A DNA stretch of 64,000 bases from a virus. Lineage: Duplodnaviria > Caudoviricetes. This document shows positions 48,115-57,302 of this stretch, one piece after another (positions within the stretch are counted from its first letter, which is position 1; each line of letters begins with the position of its first letter). The position numbers and the translations under genes were made by a program. The notes beneath the pieces were generated by a model, which saw only the letters and a program-made list of their open reading frames with translations, made no database searches and was not told where the DNA came from. The stretch lies in IMG/VR virus record IMGVR_UViG_3300029982_000009. One strand, 5' to 3'.

Positions 48115-48615
48115 ATGGTAAAATATTTAATACTCGCCTACAAGGCTGATAATGAAGATTACTGTATGGGGTGTCACGTGGCCTCCTACTCGTCCGATTT
48201 TCAGTATTTAAATACCACCGACCGCGAGGAGGCTCTTCGTTTCCTTGTGGATAAAATTACTTACAAAGTCGAGGACCGCGAATATGGCTATGACTTTACC
48301 ATTTTCATCGATGGCAAGACCTCGGAGTACAACAATCTTAATGGTGAAACTACAGATTATGACAATCTTATCACCAATTCCGAAGGTGAGTATGACTACG
48401 ACGAAGAGCCCGGTCGAAAACTCATGGCTGATGCAAGAGCCACGATTAAGCGTAACGAATTCGACGCGTTGGCAAAGGCCGCGGCCGCCGCACGCCGAGC
48501 TCAAACCGAGGCGGAAGAAGCATATAAGATTGAAGAAGCACGTAAAGAGCGGGAGAGGGAAGCGCATGATCGGAAAGAATTCGAACGCCTAACAGCAAAA
48601 TTTGGCGGTAAATAA
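48115..48615 (+). CDS. hypothetical protein with C-terminal coiled coil
   Basis: AAGGA RBS; E/R/A-rich C-terminus. Confidence 0.7.
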   Translation: MVKYLILAYKADNEDYCMGCHVASYSSDFQYLNTTDREEALRFLVDKITYKVEDREYGYDFTIFIDGKTSEYNNLNGETTDYDNLITNSEGEYDYDEEPGRKLMADARATIKRNEFDALAKAAAAARRAQTEAEEAYKIEEARKEREREAHDRKEFERLTAKFGGK

Positions 48616-48797
48616 TGAAACGATTGATTGCTTTTTGGAAAGCGCTAACCGGTGGATACGATTGCCAGGTATGCGGGCGATCGGGGTGTAAGCCCGTTGA
48701 CTATACCGATGGTTCAACTCATTGGAGTTGTTATAATGGATGCCGTTATTGGGAGTACGACGACGGCACCATCGAACGTATGCTAGACGGCCTGTAA
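48615..48797 (+). CDS. small Cys-rich (zinc-ribbon-like) protein
   Basis: CQVC...C...C..GC. Confidence 0.6.
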   Translation: MKRLIAFWKALTGGYDCQVCGRSGCKPVDYTDGSTHWSCYNGCRYWEYDDGTIERMLDGL

Positions 48798-48847
48798 AAA
48801 CATTTTGGAATTGCCCAAGGTAGAAAGAAGGATTATGTTCTTCATTA

Positions 48848-49084
48848 ATGGCAAATAATTTGGGAAAGTCGAATATAATGGCATCGAAGATTTCGCAGTA
48901 TGCAAAAGAACAAGTAAAATACCACTATCCCACCGCCCGAGTGATGCGCTGTGGATCCTGGTGTAAAATAATAACACACCTCGGTAAACCATTGCAGCCA
49001 GCTTGGAGTTCAAATTCCAATCGTACTTGGAGGGAAACATGGATCTGCTTGCAGGAGCTACTATTGAAGAGATTATCTCAGTAG
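48848..49084 (+). CDS. small paralogue family A
   Basis: KEQVKYHYPTA...TWRETW...LKRLSQ; alternative start 48878. Confidence 0.7.
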   Translation: MANNLGKSNIMASKISQYAKEQVKYHYPTARVMRCGSWCKIITHLGKPLQPAWSSNSNRTWRETWICLQELLLKRLSQ

Positions 49085-49293
49085 AAGCGAAGAATAAAAT
49101 TCTTGCAATGTTTCCGAATGCCGTTACGAAAAAGGCATATCTCTTAGACAATGGATATCGAATTGTTGAATCCAATGCCAACTATCCTACTAGCACATTG
49201 CTTTCTGATAAATTTTCGCATTCAATAGATACTGCCTGGATAGATTCTTGGTATTATATTCAGGAAAAGATAGTAGAAAGATTGTCGATATGA
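49039..49293 (+). CDS. small paralogue family A
   Basis: GGAGGG RBS; KNKILAMFPNA...DTAWIDSW...VERLSI. Confidence 0.7.
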   Translation: MDLLAGATIEEIISVEAKNKILAMFPNAVTKKAYLLDNGYRIVESNANYPTSTLLSDKFSHSIDTAWIDSWYYIQEKIVERLSI

Positions 49294-49520
49294 CCGAAGC
49301 AGAAAGAAAAATGCGAGAATTTAGACCCGGATGTTATTTAAAATACAATCCTTCCGGTAGATTTCAAATTCATCGATCCAATTTGTCTTGGTATGCCGGG
49401 TATACTGGATATAATGCACTTGGCATCGAATCAAAAACCAAGGACGGTGCCTGGGAAAACGCATTATCATTATATCAATTGGGTGAAGATCTATTGTTAA
49501 TTCGGGTATTAAGCCAATGA
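49290..49520 (+). CDS. small paralogue family A
   Basis: ATGA overlap; DGAWENA...IRVLSQ. Confidence 0.7.
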   Translation: MTEAERKMREFRPGCYLKYNPSGRFQIHRSNLSWYAGYTGYNALGIESKTKDGAWENALSLYQLGEDLLLIRVLSQ

Positions 49521-49726
49521 ATTACAAAGCAAAAGTTAGGGAAATTTATCCCAAGGCAAATTGGATATTCGAGATTAGAACTTCTAACGGCGAACAAAAA
49601 ATTTTATTTAGGATTTTTTTAACTCCGACTCGATCTCTGTATCCGGCTGATAAAAACCTAGAACTTGCATGGAAAAATGCATATGAGCATTGCGAGCAAG
49701 AATTGTTAAAACGATTGGAGCAATAA
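49517..49726 (+). CDS. small paralogue family A
   Basis: MNYKAKVREIYPKA...ELAWKNAY...LKRLEQ. Confidence 0.75.
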   Translation: MNYKAKVREIYPKANWIFEIRTSNGEQKILFRIFLTPTRSLYPADKNLELAWKNAYEHCEQELLKRLEQ

Positions 49727-49974
49727 TGTCTTCTCCGAAACAACGGATGATTAAAGAAAAAGTCGTTAAAATTTACCCTGATGCCAAATTGCGTCGCAAG
49801 TATGGAATATATTATCGAGTTTTTCGCTCGCCTATGCTAGATTCTTGGATGGAGGAACCAGGCCTATTAACTTTTTGCACCCCAATTGATGGTTGGTTCA
49901 GATCATCCGACAAGGCGTGGGAGTATGCCTGGAAAGAAATACAAACAGATTTAATTGAGAGGTTTGCATATTGA
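49726..49974 (+). CDS. small paralogue family A
   Basis: KEKVVKIYPDA...DKAWEYAW...IERFAY. Confidence 0.75.
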   Translation: MSSPKQRMIKEKVVKIYPDAKLRRKYGIYYRVFRSPMLDSWMEEPGLLTFCTPIDGWFRSSDKAWEYAWKEIQTDLIERFAY

Positions 49975-50486
49975 AAAATATTTTTCTATCTTCAGATGCC
50001 CATTTTTCGCATCGTAACATTATTAAGTATTGCGATAGACCATTTTTTTATGTCGAAGAAATGAATGAGCGACTCATTCAGAACTGGAATGAGGTTGTTC
50101 GAAATGATGATGAAGTTTATTATTTAGGTGATTTTGGATTACACAGTCCTGAAGTGCTTATGCCATTTAGAAATCGATTAAATGGTAATTGGAAAATGTT
50201 TATCGGCGGCAATCATGATCGAAATTCATTATTGCAAAGTCCGGGACTAGCCGAGCAAGTAGTTAAATTCAGTGAGAAAAAAGTTGTTAATTTTGAACTA
50301 GACGGTATTCCTTTATGGTTAAGTCATTGCCCAGCAAATGTTCTACCTAACGATCCAATTAATCTTTACGGGCACACTCACGATCATGTTCCTATGCTAG
50401 CGGGTAACAACCGTAAAATTAACATTGGGGTTGACGCTTGGAATTTATATCCAGTAGCTTGGGAGCAAATTAAAGCCTTGCTATAA
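49971..50486 (+). CDS. calcineurin-like metallophosphoesterase
   Basis: SDAHFSH, LGDF, GGNHD, GHTH, NIGVDAW; TTG start. Confidence 0.88.
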   Translation: MKNIFLSSDAHFSHRNIIKYCDRPFFYVEEMNERLIQNWNEVVRNDDEVYYLGDFGLHSPEVLMPFRNRLNGNWKMFIGGNHDRNSLLQSPGLAEQVVKFSEKKVVNFELDGIPLWLSHCPANVLPNDPINLYGHTHDHVPMLAGNNRKINIGVDAWNLYPVAWEQIKALL

Positions 50487-50488
50487 TT

Positions 50489-51097
50489 TTAGGAGCCCTC
50501 TTCAATATTAAAATAGTTAGATGCATCCTGAATATAATACCGACTTAACGCAAAATAATTTCCATGAATAATAATTTCATTGCCGGAGGCTAACGCTTCC
50601 GGCAAATTGTCGTGTCTAAAACCCAAATTCTTAATGAAAGTTAATGCTTCTTCATGTGTTGGAATATTTCCGCGTTTTGAAAATGGATTTCTCGGGGCAA
50701 TCCAATTATGTAATTCTTTTTGAACAAGTCGACTAATACCGATATCCGAAACATGCTGACTCCAAGTAAAAGAAAATCCATCCTCTGGAAAAATCAAATA
50801 TGGATTTCCGAATAGGTAGACTTCTGTTATATTTGGTGTGCAGCTTCTTGAATTTGATCTTAACGCGGTAAATCCGTTTGTTTTAAGAATATGATCCAGC
50901 ATCGCCTGCTCTTGTAATGATTGCCCTAGCGGCATTCTAGTATTAGGTGTCGCCGCATTAAAAAATGGTTTTCTTGTATCAATACCACGATATAAAAATG
51001 TATTAGCGGCTTTGACACCGGAAATAAATTCCTTACAGGAATCATTTATTCGGGTTAATGTATCATTTATACTGATTTCAAATTCGTCGGCTTTCAT
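50489..51097 (-). CDS. putative ADP-ribosyltransferase-fold protein, paralogue 1
   Basis: FLYRG...LRSNSRSCT...FG.PY.IFP..GF.FTWS...GNEI.I.G.Y. Confidence 0.6.
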   Translation of the reverse strand: MKADEFEISINDTLTRINDSCKEFISGVKAANTFLYRGIDTRKPFFNAATPNTRMPLGQSLQEQAMLDHILKTNGFTALRSNSRSCTPNITEVYLFGNPYLIFPEDGFSFTWSQHVSDIGISRLVQKELHNWIAPRNPFSKRGNIPTHEEALTFIKNLGFRHDNLPEALASGNEIIIHGNYFALSRYYIQDASNYFNIEEGS

Positions 51098-51227
51098 GTA
51101 ATTATTTAGCTCGATTACGAGATAAGCCCGTATTGTTCTTAAGAGCCACGGATGTAGCGAGTTAGAATTAAGATATACCTTTTAAGCTCTTAATTGTTAT
51201 ATTTTTCATAAATGGCTAAATATATTT

Positions 51228-51415
51228 ATGTTCAAGTCATTCAAATATCGATTAACTCCAACCAAAGAACAAGAGAAAACTCTTGTGGAATGGCAAGGGC
51301 AGTTGAGATTTGTTTGGAATAATTTTCTTAAGCAAAATATTGATAGATATCAATTGGAAAAGAGATTCATCTTGGAAACAGGAAGCCACTTCTCTTTAGA
51401 GAAGTGGTAGTTCAC
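51228..51415 (+). mobile_element. tnpB: internally deleted IS200/IS605-family tnpB remnant with right end
   Basis: MFKSFKYRLTPTKEQ..TL...G..RFVWN HTH_OrfB-like start joined to GAAGCCACTTCTC-TTTA-GAGAAGTGG-TAGTTCAC right-end hairpin. Confidence 0.75.
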
Positions 51416-51443
51416 CGAATTACCTCATCGCATAAATATCTAT

Positions 51444-52376
51444 ATGACAACTTTTCCAGAACTTAATCCAGGCGAAACGACAAGTTTTCCGAGAGGACAG
51501 GCCCCCGAAATTCAAGCCAATCTTTTTTCAACGTATTCTAGGGTTGATAGAAACAGACTTATACAAGTGTGCAAATTTATCGAAGAACATTGCTCCGAAT
51601 TTTTAGCATCGGCCAAAGCCGCCAATAGATTTTTATATCGAGGAATTAAAACTTATGATTCGCCTTCAAAAATTTTTTTAGGCAGCCCACGCAATGACCG
51701 ACGTTCTAGAGATACCGATCCAGCGGTTCAGTTAATAGTCGATGAATATTTAACATTGCAAGGATTTAAAGCACTACGATCAAATAGTATTTTTTGCACT
51801 GGAGAAGAGCAGAATGCGTTGACATATGGCGATCCATATATTATTTTTCCTATTAATGGATTTGAGTATACCTGGAGCCTAGAGCATCTTGATTGGGTTA
51901 TTCAACCGCGCTTCTTATCCCCGAATTATAGTGCCCTGCGAAATATTTTTAACGACATCTATTATAGTACCCGAGACGATACACACAAGGCAACCCTTGC
52001 AAATATTGCTATAAAAAATGCTGTGGAAATATATGTTAAGCCTTTTACGTGGGGCGGTAGCGGAGATGGCTATTTTTATGATCTTGCCCAGTTAAGAAAG
52101 TTTATGCAAATTGCTGCAAAATTATCGGCAACTGTTGAAGAAGTTCGTCATTATTTTACACCCGAATTAAGAGCAAAAATTAATAGACTAATATCAAATT
52201 CACTTAATCCAAAAATTGCATCCCAACAATTTGTCAAACTGAATAAATTATTGAAAACTCGGCTAGATACCGCGATTAAATTAGATCACGAAGTTATGAT
52301 TCACGGTTCGTACGTAGCAGTAGAGTCAAATAAATTTAATGAAGCATTGGGTCAATATTTTCTTAATATTAATTAG
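51444..52376 (+). CDS. putative ADP-ribosyltransferase-fold protein, paralogue 2 (with insertion)
   Basis: FLYRG...LRSNSIFCT...YG.PY.IFP..GF.YTWS...DHEV.IHG.Y. Confidence 0.6.
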   Translation: MTTFPELNPGETTSFPRGQAPEIQANLFSTYSRVDRNRLIQVCKFIEEHCSEFLASAKAANRFLYRGIKTYDSPSKIFLGSPRNDRRSRDTDPAVQLIVDEYLTLQGFKALRSNSIFCTGEEQNALTYGDPYIIFPINGFEYTWSLEHLDWVIQPRFLSPNYSALRNIFNDIYYSTRDDTHKATLANIAIKNAVEIYVKPFTWGGSGDGYFYDLAQLRKFMQIAAKLSATVEEVRHYFTPELRAKINRLISNSLNPKIASQQFVKLNKLLKTRLDTAIKLDHEVMIHGSYVAVESNKFNEALGQYFLNIN

Positions 52377-53062
52377 GGCCGCCTACCAGAAAGTTTTGGA
52401 TATTTTCTACCTATTCCCGCAATAGCTTTTGTTTTAACACCCTTCATAATAGATTGCGCTTCTGGACTATTTGGAGACAGCAGGAAATTATTTAATTTTC
52501 TGCGGGCAATATCTAGATCTTGATCAATCATATTTTCATTATTCTGTACTAACGAAAAATATCGCCCAAATAATAATTCATATAATGCTATATTCTGTTT
52601 AACAGAAGAATATGCTTCCTGGAAATAATCAAGGTCTACTTTGCGTTTATCTGCACGATCTAGTGCCGTTTGATATCTTGATTCTATTCTCGCTCTTGCA
52701 ATAGATTCGTCAACGTCTACAAATATCATGAATGTTTGATAATAACATTCTTTTAATTTTTTGTTCAATCGAATTATTACGTCTGCATTTCTTCCGGTAG
52801 TATTAATAATTAATCCTAAATAATCATTGGCCCATAGATTAAAACGTTTTTCGGTAGTTTTACCGGCTGTCTCATAATCTGATAATGTTTTTAAATGTAG
52901 TTTGGTTCGATCTATATCTAATTGTTTGAATCCTCGGGTCTCGAGACCAAATTCTTTTTCAATGGTAGTTTTTCCACTACCGGGCGACCCGACTAAAAAT
53001 ATAGCCTTAAAGTTAAAATTATCGTGGACGCCCTCATTTAAAATCGCTTCAGATATTTTCAT
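52373..53062 (-). CDS. P-loop kinase (zeta-toxin/AAA_33-like)
   Basis: EGVHD...FKAIFLVGSPGSGKT, IINTTG, MIFVDV....A..R. Confidence 0.75.
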   Translation of the reverse strand: MKISEAILNEGVHDNFNFKAIFLVGSPGSGKTTIEKEFGLETRGFKQLDIDRTKLHLKTLSDYETAGKTTEKRFNLWANDYLGLIINTTGRNADVIIRLNKKLKECYYQTFMIFVDVDESIARARIESRYQTALDRADKRKVDLDYFQEAYSSVKQNIALYELLFGRYFSLVQNNENMIDQDLDIARRKLNNFLLSPNSPEAQSIMKGVKTKAIAGIGRKYPKLSGRRP

Positions 53063-53075
53063 ATTAATATTTAGT

Positions 53076-53744
53076 CTAGTCTGTTATGCCAAAATATTTT
53101 CTAGCTGCCTCGCCATACAACGACCCACTAATAGCGATGTATTGGCCATTGATTATTATTTCGTTTCCAATTCTAAGAGCCATATCAAAATGCTTATTGC
53201 CGAAAAATTCCCATTTATCAACAAATTTTTTAGCTTCATCACGGGTGATAGCATCTATTCTTCTCGAATCATTAAAATCTTTTAGTTCCCAATATAGATT
53301 GGAATTACTTCCGATATCCTTAATTCTTGCACTCCAGGTAAAATTAAAACCTGTCAACGGAAAAATTAAATAAGTTGCTCCAAATGACATTTCCACTTTC
53401 GACGTGGTACAAATAGAATTTTTTCGTAGGGCGGGAAAGTTATTCAATTCAAATATATGATCCAAGAGTTGTTGTCCATATGGGCTAGCCCATATGGACA
53501 ACCTACTTATGGGTGTAAGCCCGTGGAAAATAACAGGCCGGTTACTGATACCTCCAATACCCCGATATAAAAAGGTATTATTCTTCTGCATAATAGGTAG
53601 TACATCACAATGTGTTGTTATAAAATCGAGAACTTTTTCTAATTTTTCTGAGTTGTAATTTTTAATGCCACCGTAGTTATCGGCCCAGTCATCTACTGTA
53701 CTGGTATTAATGTCACTCGGATTTATTATTTCGTATATTTTCAT
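53076..53744 (-). CDS. putative ADP-ribosyltransferase-fold protein, paralogue 3
   Basis: FLYRG...LRKNSICTT...FG..Y.IFP..GF.FTWS...GNEI.I.G.Y. Confidence 0.6.
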   Translation of the reverse strand: MKIYEIINPSDINTSTVDDWADNYGGIKNYNSEKLEKVLDFITTHCDVLPIMQKNNTFLYRGIGGISNRPVIFHGLTPISRLSIWASPYGQQLLDHIFELNNFPALRKNSICTTSKVEMSFGATYLIFPLTGFNFTWSARIKDIGSNSNLYWELKDFNDSRRIDAITRDEAKKFVDKWEFFGNKHFDMALRIGNEIIINGQYIAISGSLYGEAARKYFGITD

Positions 53745-53749
53745 TGTAC

Positions 53750-54424
53750 CTAGCCTGTTATCCCAAAATATTCTTTAACTGCATAGATATATGGATAATC
53801 TGATGATTTAATAGCAACATATTGCCCATTAATTGTAATTTCATTACCTACCCAAAGAGCTTGATCGAAATTATTATTTCGAAAGTCCCACTTTTTAATA
53901 AATTTATTTGCGGCATCCTGGTCTAATCGATTAATTCCTATATAGGAATTATATAATTTTTTCAGCTCATTATAAATTTCATTATTACCACCTACATCTT
54001 TTATAATTTTGCTCCAGGTAAAATTAAATCCATTCACCGGAAAAATATAATATATTTTTCCAAAATTTACATATTCATCGGGTTTGGTAGTTGCACATAT
54101 TGAATTTCTTCTTAATGAAATAAATCCTGTTAGCTTAAATATTTTATCTAATATCCATTGTTGATCTTTTCCCATACCATACGGTTCCCGCGTAACCGGG
54201 GTCGCCCCCAGAAAAATAGTCGGCGAGGGCGCGTTAATTCCGCGATATAAAAATTTATTCTTTGATTGCATATCTTTTACGGCCTGACTACAATGTTTAG
54301 ATATAAATTCGAAAACATGTTCCAATTTTTCTTGCTCGTAATTTTTAAAACCACCAAACCCGTTGGTCCAAACATCGAGGTTATCCTCGTCTTCAATTGG
54401 TTTCAATAATTCGAATATTTTCAT
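53750..54424 (-). CDS. putative ADP-ribosyltransferase-fold protein, paralogue 4
   Basis: FLYRG...LRRNSICAT...FG..Y.IFP..GF.FTWS...GNEI.I.G.Y. Confidence 0.6.
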   Translation of the reverse strand: MKIFELLKPIEDEDNLDVWTNGFGGFKNYEQEKLEHVFEFISKHCSQAVKDMQSKNKFLYRGINAPSPTIFLGATPVTREPYGMGKDQQWILDKIFKLTGFISLRRNSICATTKPDEYVNFGKIYYIFPVNGFNFTWSKIIKDVGGNNEIYNELKKLYNSYIGINRLDQDAANKFIKKWDFRNNNFDQALWVGNEITINGQYVAIKSSDYPYIYAVKEYFGITG

Positions 54425-55071
54425 TATATTCCTATACCAAATCGTTTTACTAGTTCGGTATGATACTTATCGGCCAATGCGATATATTGACCATGAATAG
54501 TAATTTCATTTTTACTGTGCAGAGCCATTGCAAAATTATTTTTTGAGAATTGCCAGTATTTAACAAATTTTTTTGGAGAACTAACTAGCTTTTCGCGTGC
54601 CAACGAACTTGCCAATTCGTTATTTGCTCCAATATCTTCAATTTTTGGACTCCATGTAAAATCAAAACCCTTAACGGGAAAAATATGATATAATTTACCG
54701 AATCCGTATAAATCTGTATTGCTGCCCGTGCAACAGATGCTATTTGAGCGTAATGAAGAAAATCCACACTGTTGTAATATTTTATCTAACAGCGGTTGAT
54801 CATATTCCGCGCTGTATGATTCACGCGCTGTCGGCGTTATACCATGAAATACATTGGGTACGCCAACATCATACCCTATTCGACGATATAAAAATGTTTG
54901 CGTATCTTGCATGGCTGTAACAGCTTTTTTACAGTGCTTATCAATAAAATTCATTATTTCTCTAGTAGGAGAGTTGTATACTTTTTGCCCGCCATGCGTT
55001 TCATCCCATAAGTCATCCGGATTCTCTTTTTCAAAATCTTTAAATGGTTTCATTAATTTATTTAGTCGCAT
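54424..55071 (-). CDS. putative ADP-ribosyltransferase-fold protein, paralogue 5
   Basis: FLYRR...LRSNSICCT...FG..Y.IFP..GF.FTWS...KNEI.IHG.Y; start trimmed to ATG 55071. Confidence 0.6.
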   Translation of the reverse strand: MRLNKLMKPFKDFEKENPDDLWDETHGGQKVYNSPTREIMNFIDKHCKKAVTAMQDTQTFLYRRIGYDVGVPNVFHGITPTARESYSAEYDQPLLDKILQQCGFSSLRSNSICCTGSNTDLYGFGKLYHIFPVKGFDFTWSPKIEDIGANNELASSLAREKLVSSPKKFVKYWQFSKNNFAMALHSKNEITIHGQYIALADKYHTELVKRFGIGI

Positions 55072-55117
55072 ATTATATTTATTGACTTTTATTAGAAATA
55101 TAATGTATAATAAAAAC

Positions 55118-55663
55118 ATGAAGAATTATACAAATATTATGCTCGATCTCGAGACCTGTGGAACTATTCCAAATGCGAAAGTATTATCAATTTCTGCGGT
55201 AGCATTTGATCCGTTTGATTATACAGCAGATTTATCAGATAATCCAACCTTAGATTTATTGCTGTCTTTAGACGATCAGGAGAATCGTTATGAAGATCCC
55301 GCAACTCTAGAGTGGTGGGCCAAGCAAGATCCATCGGTTATTGAAAAGATTTTCAGCGATACCGGACGGGTATCAGTTGAACATGCACTAGCCCAGTTAA
55401 CCAAATTTGTATGGAATAAGGACCGACTTTGGGCACAAGGAATCGCAGTTGATTTTCCAATGCTTGATAATTTATATCGAGAACACAGCAAGAATATTCC
55501 TTGGCAGTATTGGCGTGTAACAGATAGCAGAACATTACGTGCATTGACGACTACACAAGAATATCCGGCTAGTCATGACTCGCTCGACGATTGCCGTCAG
55601 CAAATTAGAGCAGTCACAGAAGCATTGCATAAATTGGGTGTTGAAGAATTTTCCCGCAAGTAA
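55118..55663 (+). CDS. 3'-5' exonuclease (DEDDh, ExoVIII-like)
   Basis: MLDLET, VDF.ML, DSRT, HDSLDDC; leaderless after TTGACT-N18-TATAAT. Confidence 0.88.
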   Translation: MKNYTNIMLDLETCGTIPNAKVLSISAVAFDPFDYTADLSDNPTLDLLLSLDDQENRYEDPATLEWWAKQDPSVIEKIFSDTGRVSVEHALAQLTKFVWNKDRLWAQGIAVDFPMLDNLYREHSKNIPWQYWRVTDSRTLRALTTTQEYPASHDSLDDCRQQIRAVTEALHKLGVEEFSRK

Positions 55664-55682
55664 TTTGCTATATAAGACAAGT

Positions 55683-55704
55683 GAAGGAGCCAATTGGCTC
55701 CTTC
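55683..55704. terminator. perfect 22 bp palindrome between convergent genes
   Basis: GAAGGAGCCAA|TTGGCTCCTTC. Confidence 0.65.
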
Positions 55705-55705
55705 C

Positions 55706-56428
55706 TTAGTCTGTGACTTTAATTCCGTTTGGCCCTAGATTTCCGCTAACGCCTATTTTTGATAACTCTAAGGTATTAGGATGATTGCCGAAATATCTGA
55801 ACAATAGGTGCTCAATATCTTTATATTGTCCAATTTCTAATGCACTACTAAATTCTTCTAACATTAGATTATACCGATAAAAGACCAACGCTGTTCGATC
55901 AGCCGGCCAACTCCACAATCTCGACATAAACTGAAAATTTAACCCACCGGTAACCTGTGCTGGAAATTGGCTATTTCTTCGGGCGGCAAACATATATTTG
56001 TTCCTATGTTCAAACGTTTCCACTGAGAACCCGTCGGATAAAAAATACCTTCCACTCAATTTAAATACTCGATCAATATTTTCTAATAATTTCGGCCGGC
56101 TAACTACAAAATCTAAGGTCTTACCAGTTACAAGTAATTCTGTATACGATTTTACAACATCCCAATTATCGGTTGATTTATAAATTTGTTGAACCTGGAT
56201 ATCGGTATTATAATTAATAAGTCCTAATAGATACGGTTTAAGAATTGCAGATTCTTCTTCTGTAATACTGCTTTCCCCACTGCTTTCGGAAAGAATAATT
56301 TGCGCATCGGGAATTTTATCTTTCACACTTTTTAATGTATTAATAGTTTGCTCTAATCGTTGTTCGGCAGAATAGACACCATGCTTGGTATGCAATGCGC
56401 TACCGATTAAAAATAAAGTTTTGATCAT
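55706..56428 (-). CDS. putative glycosyltransferase-like protein
   Basis: F.I.SA......Y..EQR.EQT..T..SV..KIP...I.L.ESS...FKLSGRY pattern. Confidence 0.45.
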   Translation of the reverse strand: MIKTLFLIGSALHTKHGVYSAEQRLEQTINTLKSVKDKIPDAQIILSESSGESSITEEESAILKPYLLGLINYNTDIQVQQIYKSTDNWDVVKSYTELLVTGKTLDFVVSRPKLLENIDRVFKLSGRYFLSDGFSVETFEHRNKYMFAARRNSQFPAQVTGGLNFQFMSRLWSWPADRTALVFYRYNLMLEEFSSALEIGQYKDIEHLLFRYFGNHPNTLELSKIGVSGNLGPNGIKVTD

Positions 56429-56429
56429 A

Positions 56430-57269
56430 TTACTCCAAATTGAAAAGATATGGATTAGCCTGCGCCAATCGATTTCTATAAAAAATATAATGTTCTAATA
56501 ATTCATGGCGCCCACCGGAGATTGCCGCGGTTTTTATGTCGGACAACGAGCGCAGTTCATCTAAGATATGAGGCGGCAATTTTGTTTTATTTAGTAATTC
56601 ATCCCGTGTATAACGGTAATGTTCTACCTTTATATTATGATTTGTATTAATAAAGACACTAAACAGCCGTTCTACGACAAAGGTAAAATAAGGGAGTGCG
56701 GCGTTAGGTCCATAATGAGCGGCGGTTTTAAACATCATATCGTAATCGGCTGAATCCGTTTTTACCATATCGATAAAAAACTTTAAAAAATCAATATACT
56801 GTTTCCAAAATATTTTATTTCCAACAAAATAATTACAAAGCGCGAATGTCTCTGAATCCATCCAAAGTTTATTTAAATCTACAGATATGTGCATCTTATT
56901 AAGATTTCGTTGAATCAAATCTTTTAGTCCGGGATGACAATTCTCGCCTTGAGTAATTACACTAGGAGATAGACTTTCATTAATCGGAGTTGGATTAATA
57001 AAATAGACATCGGCTCGATTCGGATCTATTTCGATAAAATCGATAAATTGCTGGCCAGTAATATTAGTCTTTGCTTCAAACTTTGGACTAACAAATCCCC
57101 ATAGATCTAATCCGTGCTGTAATGCATATGTCTGTCCTGGTTCAAAAGATTGGTATTCACATAATTCGGGATGCAAATTTTCTAAATTATTATAGGGAAC
57201 AAACGGCAATTTAACTTTTTCCAGTTGTTCCTTTAGATAACATATTTGATATACTTGTATTTTGCTCAT
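56430..57269 (-). CDS. putative glycosyltransferase-like protein
   Basis: YQI.Y, EL.EY, WGFVS.KF, F..CNYFVG...FW, ERLF pattern. Confidence 0.45.
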   Translation of the reverse strand: MSKIQVYQICYLKEQLEKVKLPFVPYNNLENLHPELCEYQSFEPGQTYALQHGLDLWGFVSPKFEAKTNITGQQFIDFIEIDPNRADVYFINPTPINESLSPSVITQGENCHPGLKDLIQRNLNKMHISVDLNKLWMDSETFALCNYFVGNKIFWKQYIDFLKFFIDMVKTDSADYDMMFKTAAHYGPNAALPYFTFVVERLFSVFINTNHNIKVEHYRYTRDELLNKTKLPPHILDELRSLSDIKTAAISGGRHELLEHYIFYRNRLAQANPYLFNLE

Positions 57270-57302
57270 GTAATATTATAGCACATTGAAATAAATACTT
57301 AT

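Noticed and set aside
48783-49181. 132 aa minus-strand ORF
   Set aside because: Antisense to two family A paralogues with clear motifs; no recognisable features
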